The notes below the pieces were generated by a model. It did not search any database and was not told the DNA's origin. It worked only from the letters and a program-made list of their open reading frames with translations. The translations under genes were made by a program, and so were the position numbers. DNA of 62,900 bases, the filler included, from Hausera hauseri (lineage: Eukaryota): assembly GCA_046269625.1 (NCBI GenBank). It is 11 parts of 11 records of this genome, joined end to end, with 100 filler letters (N's around TTAATTAATTAA, not from the genome) between each part and the next. Parts side by side here need not be neighbours in the genome. Positions count along the whole stretch, not along the records: positions 1 to 4,884 come from JBJURY010403812.1; positions 4,985 to 9,590 come from JBJURY010507907.1; positions 9,691 to 14,561 come from JBJURY010408699.1; 8 more parts are not named here. One strand, 5' to 3'. Each line of letters opens with the position of its first letter. Within the stretch, counting starts at the first letter, position 1. Shown here in pieces: positions 1 through 13,010 of the stretch.

Positions 1-441
1 TTTGACTCGATGGCCCCTTCCGAGAGTCGTCTAATTCCGACACGGCGAATGATCTCCAGCTTCGGGGACTCTCCGTTGCCACGTCGTCGTCGCCGACTAT
101 ATCCGGACACTGAAGCACCAACCGACCCCAGTTCGGACGATGCTTTGAATTGCCCATATCGTCCCACGAGAAACGATCCGGCCCTCTCTTCGACGGAGAA
201 CTCGTACGCCTCAATTGACTCGTCGAATGAAAATTGTGTTGACAATAACGTTCCAAACATTATTTGTTTCTTTTATTCCTATTGTGGTTCATTTTTCACT
301 TTGTGTTTTTATGTGGTAATTTTATTAAACACAAAACAACCAAAACGTCCATCAGTGAAATGTTTGAATTGCAAAGGACACGGACATTTTCTAAATCAGT
401 ACCAGACTAGAAGACCAGGCAGAGTAAACAGAATCGACTAA
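1..441 (+). pseudogene. Family C retroelement leader/gag-like fragment with a hydrophobic segment and a degenerate CCHC knuckle
   Basis: Homologous to 58699-59274 (PSESRLIP/PSESQLIP, PALSSTENS/PSLSSTEES, hydrophobic run ending in LLN). Ends in CLNCKGHGHFLNQY, a C-x2-C-x4-H-x4-(C>Y) knuckle. Confidence 0.55.
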
Positions 442-780
442 CGAGTAGAACAGACCAACCTAAAAGGGAAGGGCAAGCAAAATGCGAAGTTGAAATTGAA
501 TATAATTATCTTTCATACGAGAGTTCAATATAAGGAAACCAAAGAGCTCTGTCGTCCACAGAGTCAATTAGGGCATTTTAAGTAATTATTCTTTTAGTCG
601 ACAAAATGTTATTAAATACTTTTGTAGTAGTGCAAGTTTTCTACAAATATTTCAACAGCGTGTGTACGTTTGTAATCATATTATTTGTGTCGTCTTGCGA
701 TGTCAATTTGTTTGACTTTTTGAATTGTAGTGATGGATAGTTTCACAAAGTCTTAACCAAAGCTACGACATCGGACCCGC

Positions 781-1722
781 TTATAAAGAAAAAATAGACT
801 GATATTTATTTTTCCAATATTGATACAATGTATGTGTGCCTAATGAGGAATAATTATTTGCTGCTCGTAAGACGGGACTTTCTTGTAACTGATCATGAAC
901 TTTTTCTGTTGGATGTGTATGGTTGAGCGGCGGGATTCCATATATGCACTGAAATTCTAAGTGTGATTCAAATTGCAAAGTGAACACCGCACATGTGTAG
1001 CAAATCACTGGTTGATAAAACCCCCAAATGGAGATCCGATCCTGACAAAAGCTCTGAATCTCCTTTGACATCGCATGTCATGCTCTGACGAGAGAATCTT
1101 CCAATTATTGCTCTTTTCATCTGTCGTAAATCTCTAAGAAAATAATGCCAATCCAATCATTTCATTGGAATGATACCAGAAACGATTCTGCATAGCAGGC
1201 TTTGAAACTGCTAATTTCTGGAGCAATAGCTGCAAACTTGTCAAGATCCAACCAAAGCTGCAGATCATTTACGGGGGCATCAACTTAATCTTAGCTTGGG
1301 TCCACACCTTTGCTGTAGCTCTAGATATTGTGAGAGCCCCTGGATCATGACCAAGTACAACTGTAGTAATCAGTCTAACAGCATAACGATCAGCGAGCTT
1401 ATGTCGATCTCATGCACCCACAACATGATCACTGAATTTACGTTTCAATTCATTTGCGCGACATTTATCTTGTGACAATCTAGGAGATTTTGCTGGTGTA
1501 TATTTATCTCTGAAATCTGCCATTGTATCATTCCTCTAGTTTTTGTTGTCTCGCCGAGTGTGTTGCTGATAAATCCCTCCATATTCTCTCTTCTTTTAAT
1601 TTTCTTCCACTTGACCTCTGTTTATTTTTCTGTAGATCTTTGTCTACTGTTGACATATACATTGATAATGAAACCTTTTTCCTCTTAAATTTTTGTCGAC
1701 AGCAAATTATCAATATATGCAC
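781..1722 (-). mobile_element. Degenerate, internally deleted DNA-transposon transposase remnant (superfamily uncertain)
   Basis: Manual translation gives MSTVDKDLQK..R, GA*DRHKLADRYAVRLITTVVLGHDPGALTISRATA, DAPVNDL and FWYHSNEMIGLALFS. I recognise these as motifs of one invertebrate cut-and-paste transposase family. Many stops and frameshifts; the catalytic middle is missing. Confidence 0.55.
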
Positions 1723-2231
1723 CTCCTGCAGTTTTTTACGACTCTGAAGAACATACTTTGTTCTTTTTCATTAGACGCCACTGAAAGTTTTCCAGTTTTT
1801 CTATCACATGATCCTTTCGTGTCTAACTTATTTCAAGTACACGAATTACTGTATTATGCCTGATCTGATCTATGGAATGTAGCCACCGGAACTGTTAGAT
1901 AAAATTAATCATCATTAAGTCAACCGTTACAGCCTAATTAATATTGAGGTTTAAATATCCTAATTTAGTCACAAACTACAGGGTTACATACCTGTGAGAT
2001 TTTGGAGAAGTTTTGTGTTAATTTCTACAGTTTTGTACAAGATCTAAACGATGAATCTGAATAATTTAAATTATTATAATTTATTACAGTAAAAAGCTAG
2101 CTTAAAAGTGCACCAATCAAAAAATGAGAATAAAACTGGTTTTAACTATAGTCTTAACAATGGTGTACGAAGAAGTCAATTGAGCTTCATCTGGTTGACC
2201 CATGGGGCTGACTTTTTGCAGCAGGTACTTT

Positions 2232-3600
2232 TTAGTAAAATTTTGGTAAGATGAAGGATAATTTAGCCGTGCCAGAAATGTACAGCGGTTGACCTAAAGC
2301 GGTGTATAAGGGTTTAATTCTGAATGGTGAATTTTGTACAGGGAAAGATTGTGGTAATAAAGAAATCGCTACACCTGTATCAATGAGGAAGTCAACGGAT
2401 TGCGTTGTAGGAGCGGTGATTGCAACCTTTAGAGTAAAGACAGCAAAAGAGGCGTGTCGGTATTCAGAAAGTGAAGTAGAGCCTTTGCCAGAGGTTGCCG
2501 TGACTTCTGGCGGCAAATTTAGTTTTTTTTGAAAGGGTAAATTAGGACGACTATCAGAAGAAAAGATAATACGTCCGTCGTATGTGTCTGGTTTGAAGGT
2601 GCAGCCTGGAATGTATTTACGGGCTTGATTTTTAAACTTTGCGTGGTAAATGCAAACAACGGCGTTGAAAAAAACTTTTGTTATAAAATTTGCACCCTAG
2701 GCAGCATTTCTTGGCATTCGTATTGAATCCGCTATGATAATAGCAGATTGACGACCGCGCAGGCGATGGTGACCGGTTTCTAGATGCAGGTGGGGCGCGG
2801 TCAGTAGCAAAATCCTTTCGCCGGAACAGGGAAAACTCGTTTAATTTGTTCTTTTTATTGCTAATTGTTGTGTGTAGTGCAATATTTTCATCGCGAAGCT
2901 AATTGAGTTGTTCTATTGATATGTTATTGGTTTGAATATTGTTAGGGTCAACTGCCGCCGAAACGACTGGTGGGGAATGTAAGTGTAGAACATCATGTGT
3001 TTTATTGGCTAATTCGGCCAATTTTTCAAGAGCCGTGGAGTTTTCCACCATGGTAAGTAGTGCCCGGATTTGGATATGTAACACGTTAAGAAAGTAATAA
3101 TGCAGTATTTTGGGGTTGTGTTCTTTAGTGACGCCGAGTGTGCAGATGTGCCAAAGACGTGAGTAAAAATTCTCATGGTTGTTGTGTGCCTATAGCATTG
3201 TTGTAAAAGAAGCGTCGTATGATCGTGTCCATTAAAGTTTCTGTTATTTTAAGAACAGCGTTGGAGAGCTGTGAGTATGGGTCAGGAAATTCAAATATTT
3301 CAAGGATGTTGTGAATTCGTATCTTAATGTTGTTAGAGAGTAAGAAGAGGAAATTTTGCTCCTTGGTTAAAGGGTCGATGATATTGTTTGCCTGTAGCCA
3401 GAGTTGATGGGATTTTTTGCTGGAGCCTTGGTTGTCAATGCAGAATTCGGTGCAATTAAGGAAAGGAGATGAAGAGGTAGTAAATGAAGTATTATTGGTG
3501 GAAGCAAGAGTGCGTTTTTGAATTAGTATGACAGATTTGAGTTTCGTGGTAGTTTTATCCATGGTGTCTATGGTGGGCGATGAATTTATGCCACCACGGA
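2232..3600 (-). mobile_element. Family A Ty3/gypsy remnant: gag plus aspartic protease N-half
   Basis: DFLIDTGVAISLLP protease motif, RSPSPA, tandem CYYH/CIYH knuckles. Homologous to 4985-5880, 9691-10850 and 51214-52700. Confidence 0.9.
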
Positions 3601-4051
3601 TGCGGAATTGTATGTGGAGGTGAAAATAAGTTGAAGAAGGTTGCAGAGTCCCAACGAGAGGTACCGTGGCATCGTGGTGTGTGAGGTAAAAGTCAGGTGG
3701 TGATGATGAAAAGTGGTGATGATGTTGTAGATAATAGCAGTGTTTAAGTGTGTTAATGCATTTGTGCAAAAATGTTTATTATTTAAAAAAAGAAAAGGAA
3801 ATGCAGAGAGGCCGTGTAACCGGGGGCGTGTCGTGGGGCGTCAGCGAACGGTGCCGCCTGACCCAGTGGTATAGGGTGGGTGACTGGGACTTCGGTCCCT
3901 CCGCGGTGGACCGCAAATTTCGGGGTAGCCGAGGTCCCCGCATGTAATGTTTCTTCATCGGTCACTCCATGTTCGCTACGCAACAAGTCCATTTTACAGA
4001 CCAATGACGAATTTTTCTCATAATCCATTCGCAATGGATGCGACTCAACGA

Positions 4052-4884
4052 TTACTCAATTTCTGGTTCATTAATCAATGAAATAATTTTCCCATGAACA
4101 CTAAATGATGCACGAATTGTCCGAATGGTCATTTCCTCTGCTATTCCTTCAATCATTGTACGTAAATAGTATTTTCCTGACAAAAAATTACTAAATTGAA
4201 ATTTCCCATCATTATTCGTGAACCCATTTTGACGGAAATTATCACTAATCATCGACAACAAAATACCCGGCACTGATTTACCCGTATTGTTATCGACGAC
4301 AGTCACAATCAATTTTGCTAATTTGTATCCTGTGTATTTCTGTGATTCGCCTATCTGGACAAATTTGTATCCGGGTTTTATAAAGACGAGTTCGTATTTG
4401 CCGACATTCGGTAAACAGGTTTTCCATAATCCTCTGGGGATCTGTAATAGATCAATAAACAATTTTGAGTTGTCACCATTAGCGATATAATAATAATAAA
4501 TATTGACGAGATGAGATGGCGAAATGGGCAGCGAGAATCCAATTTGCTCAAATACAAGACTCAAGTCGACATCCTCATCAATTATTGTCTGGGCAATTTG
4601 CATTTTATTCTAGCACCAAAGATCATTAATAAGTGGTATATTACTATTACTGGATGTTAATTCAATTTGATAATTAGTTGACATAATATTAAAGAGGATT
4701 ACCTTTATGGGCATATCCGAATGGTACAGATTTTTCTGACACCATTTATTATGTCTTTCGTATGAAACTTTCAATTGATTGAGATATTTGATTGATTCTG
4801 GTAAGAAATAATACCTAAACGGAATTTCCGCAACACGTTCACATTTATTTCTGCTAGACAACACGTCATCTTCCACAATACTGT
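4052..4884 (-). pseudogene. NOMO: Nodal modulator (NOMO)-like fragment with a stop and internal deletions
   Basis: FEQIGF..SH, CLPNVGKY, KPGY, KLA, PGILLSMISDNFRQNGFT..GKFQFSNFLSGKYY and G.IISLINEPE match NOMO1 motifs. WC* replaces the expected WCW. Confidence 0.75.
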
Positions 4885-4984
4885 NNNNNNNNNNNNNNNN
4901 NNNNNNNNNNNNNNNNNNNNNNNNNNNNTTAATTAATTAANNNNNNNNNNNNNNNNNNNNNNNNNNNNNNNNNNNNNNNNNNNN

Positions 4985-7900
4985 TGCGCTCCTTTCCTTC
5001 TACTTACGCCACTACTTCCTCAACGCGTTACCCATCAAAATTCGGGCTCTACTTACTCCACAGCTCTTGAAAAACTGGCTGAATTAGCCGACAAAACACA
5101 TGACGTTCTACACTTAAACACCCCAGCAATCGTTTCGGCGGCAGTTGCCGCTAAAGATATCCAAAACAACACATTAATAGAGCAACAGCTAAATCAGTTA
5201 CGTGCCCAAAATACCTCACTACATGCAACAATTAACAATATAAACAAATTTAATGAACTTTCCTCGTCTCACCGAAGGGATTTTGTCGCTGACTCCGCCC
5301 ATTCTGCATCTAGAAACCGGTCACAATCACCTGCGCGGTCGTCTATCTGCAATTATCACAGCAGATTCAATAATAGTGCCAAAAATGCTGTCTAGGGTGC
5401 AAATTTTATAATTTTTTTTCATATACCGTTGTTTGCATCTACTATGCAAGGTTTAAAAACCAAGCTCGTAAATGCATTCCGAGTTGCACTTTCACACCAG
5501 ATACGAACGACGGACGTGCTACCTTTCCTTCTAATAGTCGTCCTAGTTCACCATTTCAAAAAAAAACTAAGTGCCGCCAGAAGTCACGGCAAATTCTGGA
5601 AAAGGCACTGCTACACTTTCTGAATGCCGACACGCCTCTTTTGCTGTCTTTAATCTAAAGACTGCAATCAACGCTCCTACAGCGCAATCCGTTGATTTCT
5701 TCATTGACACAGGTGCAGCGATTTATTTATTACCAAACTTTTCCTGTACAAAATTCACCATTCAGAATTAAGCCCTTATACACTGCCTCAGGTCAACCGC
5801 TGCCCATTTCCGGCATCGCTAAACTATCTCTTATCTTACCAAAAATTCCTTCACCTTTCCACTGGACGTTCAGTTGCTAACGTCCAGACGGCAATTCTAG
5901 AGTCGGATTTTCTATCACATTAAAATTTATTGATAGACTGCAGTCAACGATGTCTGAGGAGCGGCATCACTGGAAGCATTACTGAACATATAAATAGCAT
6001 TTCGACTACCGCGCAGTCGATCGGGATGCGAAGACCAATTTTGAGAAAATCAAAAACTAATTCGAATTTCCATAACAGTAATTCATTCCGTAAAATTTTA
6101 AATCATAGTATTGACATTCAATCGAGGTTCGATGTCGTTAATTGTGGTTTTGTCACAAATCTTAATTCACTCGACAAAATCACTTCATCCAACACCATTT
6201 TCAATTCTACTATCTTGCACCAAATACCACTTGACTGCACATCACCAAACAATTCACAAAATCCATCCACTACTACTCAAGCCGCTTCACCATCACCGAA
6301 TCTCTCACAACTGCCTACAACTTTATAGCAATTCGTCAACACATCATATCCACGAATACTCAAAAAAGATCGTACGTTTACTCGTGCAAACAGCACTATA
6401 CATGACATAATTACACAGCATCAACGACCAATACGTCAAAAGGTACCACCACTGTCACCTAATAGTAAGCAGGCCGTAGAAGCCAAATTTCTTGAACTAG
6501 AACGCCCCAGCATTGTACGCCATTCCAAATCTCCTTGGTCGTCACATCTACATATTGTACAAAAAAGGACGGAACTTTTAGACCATGCGGTGATTACCGA
6601 CAGTTGAACAACTTAACCACCATGGATGCGTACCCCTTGTCACTCATCAAGGATATCTTGCATCGCCTTAATTCAACTGCTTTTTATCATACAATCGATT
6701 TGGCCAAAGAATACTACCAAATACCAGTTGCATCCGAAGACAAAAAAACTGCTCTCAGTACTCCTTTTGGCCTCTACGAGTACTTGTTTATGCCATTCGG
6801 TTTGCAAAATGCCAGACTTTTCAGCGACATATCGACTCAATTCACTCAGATTTCCCGTCTGCGCACCCTTACATTAATCATATTCTGATCGTTTCGCCTT
6901 CGGCCAAACAACACGAAGAACCTCTTCGCGCAATATTCCAACGCCTTAACCACCATAATATCGAAGTCAATTTCGACAAATTTTATTTCTTCAAAATACA
7001 TACCAACTTTTTAGGCCACGTTATTTCACCAGACGGCCACTCTCTTCAACCAGACCGAGTTAAAACACCTAAAAATATCCCGTTATCACGTACGACCACT
7101 GAAATGCGCAGTTTCCTTTCTTTGTACATAAATATGTACCATATTGCTCTGAATTGACAGCACCATTTGCGCACTTAAGCGGCGGTAAAAAACAGCCAAT
7201 CCAGTGGACACCTGAATTGGTTGACAAGTTTGATAAGCTACGCGAAGGAATTAAGACCGTCGACATTCTCGCTTTCCCCAAGCCTTATGCAGAACTCATC
7301 CTTACTACAGACTCTTCAACCACTGCAGTAGGTGTTGTGCTCCGCCAAATCCATAAAAGAGAAAATCAACCACTAGAATTTTTCTCTCATAAGCTAACAT
7401 CCCCTGAAACCAGATATTCAACGTTCGATCGAGAACTATTGGCCATCGTTCTCACTTTAAAGCATTTCTCCCACCTCCTTGTCGCTCGCCATTTTACCAT
7501 ACAGACCGATCACAAACCCTTACTTAACATCATGGCTTTGAAACATCCTTCCACACGCCAAGAACGACAGATATTATACTTATCAATATTTAACTTCGAC
7601 ATAAAACATATTAACGGGGTTAATAATTTGGTTGCCGACTTTTTATCTAGGTCGGTTAGTTTGATTAATTTTTCACCGATTTTTATGCAAGCTCAACTTC
7701 AACAGAACCAGCCACCTCAGAATATGATTTATTCTTTTAAGTCTTGCACAATTGTTGATTGCGTGGCTTTAGACACTTCCAAACCAGGTCATTGTGTAAT
7801 AATTCTCACAACACCCTTGCAAAAACATGCATTCAACAGCGTACATTCACTACACCACCATGGTGATAAGCCACTTTTCGTTTACTCCACCGACAAGTAG

Positions 7901-9417
7901 TTTGGTCGTCAATGCGTTCTGATGTGCAGGCATGGGTTAAGGAGTGTGGTGGCTTGCCAAAAATACAAAACAACTAAGCATTTAAAGCCACCACTATTCC
8001 ACTTCCCCTGCACATCGCGTTTTGAATTCGTGCTTATCGACATCGTTGGCCCTCTTCCCCCAGACAACGGACATCAATTCACCCTCACCATGATGGACCG
8101 TTCCTTGCGATGGCCAGAAGCCATCCCTCTGCGGAGCACTAATACCGACACTATAGCTGACCTTTTTATGCATACATGGATTAGCAGGTTTGGATCACCT
8201 CGTTTCATCATCACGGACCAGGGTCCACAGTTTGAATACAACCTATTCAAATCCCTTGTTAACCGATTGTGGATCCATCACATTCATACTATGCCTTATA
8301 ACCCCCAATCGAATGGCCTTCTAGAACGTTTCCACCGAACATTGAAAACGTTACTAAGAATTTTGGCAGAGTTCAACACTAGTTGGACGAATCTTCTTCC
8401 GTTTGTTCTGCTTGGCTGGCGGAACACTCCGTCTAGTTCTACAGGATGCTCACCTACTGAAGCGTTATTCGGAGCTCCTTCACGATCATTATTCAAACTA
8501 ACTGCCTTAGACGATACTTCTACAGGTGAAACGATACGGGCGGCGCAAAATCCCCTCGTTACGGTTAGCAAAGATTCGTTCTGCAGGTTACTTCATAAAG
8601 ACAAAACATATTTGTCCTAAGATTTTCATTCGGCAAAATTCGTATGGCTAAAGAATCAAACACCGTGCGGTTTCCAACCGCGGTATCAGGGGCCCTATAA
8701 ACTTATACAGCTGCATTTGTACAACGCTATTATCTCTAAGACGGCAAAGAACTTATAGCGCACATTACCAACTTAAAGCCCGCCTTCTTCGTCGACGACA
8801 CTTCACCAATCGACACGTCAACCTCTTTCTCACTCCGACACCTCCTGCTATCCCTATATCTGTTGCTACACCTGTTCCACCTCCTCCTTCTGCTCCTATT
8901 TCTGCTTCATCATCTTCCACACCTTCTACGTCTATTCCTATCTGTCTTCCTATCTCTACCACTACCTCTGTTTCATTTTCTACTTCTAATCTTTCGCCTA
9001 ATACACTTCCAATTTGTACTTCAACTTTCGTCTCTCCTCCTTCATCCGCCACTACACCTTTTGTCAGCCCATTGTCTTCTAACATTCTCTTGAACACATT
9101 CAACCATCCGTCTCCAACAATCTCTCTTCCTCCTTCACTTTCTTCTTCTCTCCTTTCTGACAGGTCTTTGCACGACACAACACTCACAACAAAATCTGAC
9201 AATTTTTCCCCAACTTTAAACTCAGCAAGCAAACAAATCGCATACAAACAAAACACGCAGAGCCACATTTATCATGTATAGAAGGGAAAAATCAGTAGAA
9301 GGCACCCAATGTTTTGTTCACACTAAGACCAACTGACAGACGCTTTTTCGTTTGGCGATTTTTTATTTCCGTCTATTTTGCTCTTTATAGTTTCAAACTT
9401 GCTACGGAGAGGGGTAA
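4985..9417 (+). mobile_element. Family A Ty3/gypsy element (gag C-half, PR, RT, RNase H, integrase, Pro/Ser/Thr-rich tail, PPT), degraded
   Basis: FIDTGA (PR); RPCGDYRQLN and YLFMPFGL (RT); TDSS, YSTFDRELL, TDHKPL (RH); DIVGPLP, TDQG, PQSNGLLERFHRTLK (IN). PPT GGAGAGGGG at 9406-9414. Confidence 0.95.
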
Positions 9418-9590
9418 TGTGTTGCCTACCCCGGCCCGTGCGCTTCGGCCCATTTTGGTCGGGCACGGGTGTCCGTTATCGCCGTGTCGGATCCATATTC
9501 CGGCCCGATCTCTGACCCGAGAATTTCACCGCCGAACTGGTCAATGGATCCAAAAGAGAATTTGCTTCACTGATTAAACAAATAAAATTT
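9418..9590 (+). repeat. Start of family A 3' LTR, truncated by the linker
   Basis: TGT begins 3 nt after the polypurine tract and is followed by GC-rich sequence. Confidence 0.6.
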
Positions 9591-9690
9591 NNNNNNNNNN
9601 NNNNNNNNNNNNNNNNNNNNNNNNNNNNNNNNNNTTAATTAATTAANNNNNNNNNNNNNNNNNNNNNNNNNNNNNNNNNNNNNNNNNNNN

Positions 9691-10934
9691 GAAGTGTGTC
9701 GGCAGTTAGTATTAGAGACGTTGCCTTTACCAAACTCTGCCGTGAGTACTTGCGGTGAAATTAGTTTTTTGGGATCCGTGAGATCGGACGACTATAACTA
9801 GAGGAAATAGAACGCCTGTCGTTGGGGTGGTTAGCGCTGTTCTTATATGTACAGCGTGAAAGACATTTGTGAGCATGAAATCCAAATTTCGCATGATAGA
9901 TGCAAACAATCTTGTCTGAATGTAAATTTAGAGTGTAATATCTGCACCCTAAACAGCATTTATTAGATTTATTGTTAAATTTGCTATGGTAATAGCCCAC
10001 AAAAAATCATGTAGGCGATGGCGACAGGTTTCTGGCAACAGAACGAGTACGGTTAAAAATAGGAACACTTCGTCGTGATAATGAAAGATCGTTTAACCTA
10101 TTATTAATGTTATTTATTGTCTGTTTTGGTGCCAAATTTTCAGCACGTAATTGATTCAACTGTTGCTCTATTGATGTATTGAGTTGATTGTCGCTTGTTG
10201 CGACTGTGGGTAATACAATTGGTCGGGAATTCAACTGTAGCACTTGATGTGCTTTATCAGCCAATTCGGCTAATTTATCCAATGTCGTAGATTCCTCAAC
10301 AACGGTAAGAAGTGCCCTAATTTGTATAGCCAACGCGTTTAAGAAATATCGTCGCAGAACGTTTGAATTATGCTGCTTTGTTACCCCTAGCGTTTGCAGG
10401 TGAGTCGACATACGCAAGAACTCAGAAGGCTTTGTTGTTCCCATTGCTTTATCATTAAAGAAGAGATGAATTATAGAGTCCATGGACGGCTCTAAGTTTT
10501 AAAACTGCATTGTAAAGCTGAGTATAAGGGTCGGCCTACTGAAAAATATCTATTTGATGTTGTTAGGAAGGAAGAATAGAAAATTGTTAGACTTAACAAA
10601 AGAATCAGTAATGTCGCAAAATTAAGCCATAGTTGGTGAAACTGCAACCAAGATTTGCTAGAATTTTGGTTTTCAGTAAAATATTTAGTACGCTGTGATG
10701 TATTGATACCCGTTTGCTTATGCTGAGAAGTCTTATAAGGGTTTTGAGGAGTTATTGACGGTTTAAGGTTAGACTGTTTGTTGAGGTAAATGATCGATTT
10801 ATACTTAGCAGGATCGTCCGTAGTGTCAATGGTGGAAGAGGATTGCATCCCACCACGGACTCGAGGAATGATGTGAAAACAGAGGTAGTAAGACGTAAAG
10901 GCGATGTCTTGAAGACTATCAAGGACGAAGCCAT
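9691..10934 (-). mobile_element. Family A Ty3/gypsy gag remnant
   Basis: MQSSSTIDTTD start, LRRYFLNAL..QIRALL, double Cys/His knuckle. Closely similar to 51214-52350. Confidence 0.9.
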
Positions 10935-11595
10935 TGTGAATCAGGTTAAAATCGAATATATGGGTTATTGTACAAATATGGTCATATAAATTTTTAATAT
11001 CTATGATTTACTACATCTAGGGTATGTACCAATTTATTATTTAAAAAACATAAAACCAAAAGTGTAGGTAGTAGACAGCTGGTTGGGCGGTATAGCATTC
11101 CTGCGCATCGCTCTCTCCGTACCCCACGGCCGTTGGAGTAACAGCTGAAGTATTAGTTTTACTACAACGGGGTCGAAATGTGTAAAATGAACAGAGAGGC
11201 CTGTCGGAGAATCCAACCGATGGTGCTGGATGCGAGATAAAAGCGTTGTAACCAGAATCTATTACCCCACGCCAAGAAATTTGTGATCTTTCAATGTTGA
11301 TAAACGGTAGTATGGAAGTAGAATAGAAAACAAAATCCGTTGAGATAGAAAAAACGGTTGTTATGCACTAGTGTGTCGCGGTGATTGAAAATTGCGGTGT
11401 AAATGTAGAACACTGAATATTTTTTGGACGAGACGTGTAACCTTCTGATGATCAAAAAAGGCAATAACGTATCGCACCGTTCGTTACAGTAAGTTCTGAA
11501 ATATCCAGCAATGGTTCCATTGATCGAATCATGAGTGAATATAAATATATTCTGTGATAATGTAATTACTAAGAGTCGTTATATGTCTTCAAGGT

Positions 11596-12057
11596 TCAAA
11601 AATGGATATATGTCAATGTTGAATGCAATTTTTTTGTTCCATACGTATCATTTGTACCATCCGAAAAGTCTAGTTCAGTATACCATCCGGAATGGTTGCT
11701 GTTATGAATAAAAAAGAAGCTACGCAATTGGTTGAGATGTGGCTGTGAACAAAGGAAAATGTTGAAAGTTTTACGAAATATGTCCATCCATTCCAGTACA
11801 TCGAACTTTATAACAAGGTACATTTCAGCGTTATCAAACTTAATAAGTTTGTCGAAATCTGTCGTATGTTGAAGCCAGCAGACGATTTCGACTGCAACCA
11901 TTTTCTTGGACATTTGAAAAGTATCTGTATTTATAAGGGTATTAAAATGGTGAGAAGTATTAAATTCAGGAAAAACGACACGTCCACTTTGTTCACATTG
12001 GCAACGAATAAAAAACCAAAAAATAAAACTGAGAATAGGTATTGAAAACTGGCGCAC
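11596..12057 (-). CDS. Unidentified ORF with a signal-peptide-like N-terminus, possibly a gene fragment
   Basis: 153-codon ORF with hydrophobic N-terminus (FSIPILSFIFWFFIRCQC). No recognisable domain. Confidence 0.3.
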   Translation of the reverse strand: MRQFSIPILSFIFWFFIRCQCEQSGRVVFPEFNTSHHFNTLINTDTFQMSKKMVAVEIVCWLQHTTDFDKLIKFDNAEMYLVIKFDVLEWMDIFRKTFNIFLCSQPHLNQLRSFFFIHNSNHSGWYTELDFSDGTNDTYGTKKLHSTLTYIHF

Positions 12058-12499
12058 TCAACATGGAAAAGGATGTGGCAAAAATAATTCCGTGTTATCG
12101 AAAAATGACGAATAACCGTAAGAGTATATTATATTTATTACATGGCAACAAGAGATTGTATCTCATTATGTGTAATTTGGCGTAGGCCTGTTGAATATAG
12201 TCCGTTCACTTGGTCAAACTACGAATCGGCAAGTGTATGCGAAACACGCGTTGATTGAAATCTTACGGAATTGAATTTTTGCGAAAAGGGTGAATCGTAG
12301 ACAATACCCAAAAGGTGTAAATTCGGATATCGTTGGGAAGTGATGGGATCCCATTTGACCAAAGTATACAACGTTGTATTCCGTTATAAAAACAACCACA
12401 CTTATTCCAGGAATGATGGGTAGTATACCTATTTCCGGTAAAAAAAATTGGTCAACAGAAACGTAAGATTTATTTTTTACGTCATACATGTCATGCGTT

Positions 12500-13010
12500 A
12501 CTATACCATGATTATCTTCATCTACACTACCTGTTTGATGCAAATCGGCCATAATTCGTTCCTTGTGTGCATCAGCAGATGCACCAATCGATATTGAACC
12601 GGGATTGTCTTCTTCAACAGCTATTTTTGCAATAGCTGCACAAACAGCAGTTAAAACCTTGATATATTCTGATTTCAATGAGCTGACAATTAATTATAGT
12701 CCCACAGCAAAAGAACGTGCCATTTCGCCAGTATCCGTAGCATTTTCACTACACGAACAAATAGCCCAAGCTGCATTAGCCTGTACGTCCGGATTCGGGT
12801 ATTGTAACAAAGACCAAAGCAACCGTACACCATCTGGTATGTCGTAAATAGTCACTAAAAACCTGGGATCTTCCAGACAATAAATGAGTGGAGTGATGTC
12901 ACCAGTTTTTTGTAATATTGTCCAATTTGGTGGATCTTTATCCATTTTGCCAAGTGCTCTGACAACAATGACAAGAACGTTTTCCACGCGGCGAACCATT
13001 TTGATTATTT
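12500..13010 (-). pseudogene. ODAD2: ARMC4/ODAD2 (armadillo-repeat outer dynein arm docking protein) fragment
   Basis: [70 protein letters not shown] matches ARMC4. An in-frame TAA sits where Glu is expected. Confidence 0.8.

Noticed and set aside
4929-4940. TTAATTAATTAA recurring at intervals like a repeat array or regulatory motif
   Set aside because: It is always centred in N runs and is an assembly linker with six-frame stops.
8765-9268. 167-aa Gly/Glu/Val-rich antisense ORF
   Set aside because: It is the shadow of the pyrimidine-rich Pro/Ser/Thr tail after integrase and is not conserved as an ORF in the 55500-55800 copy.
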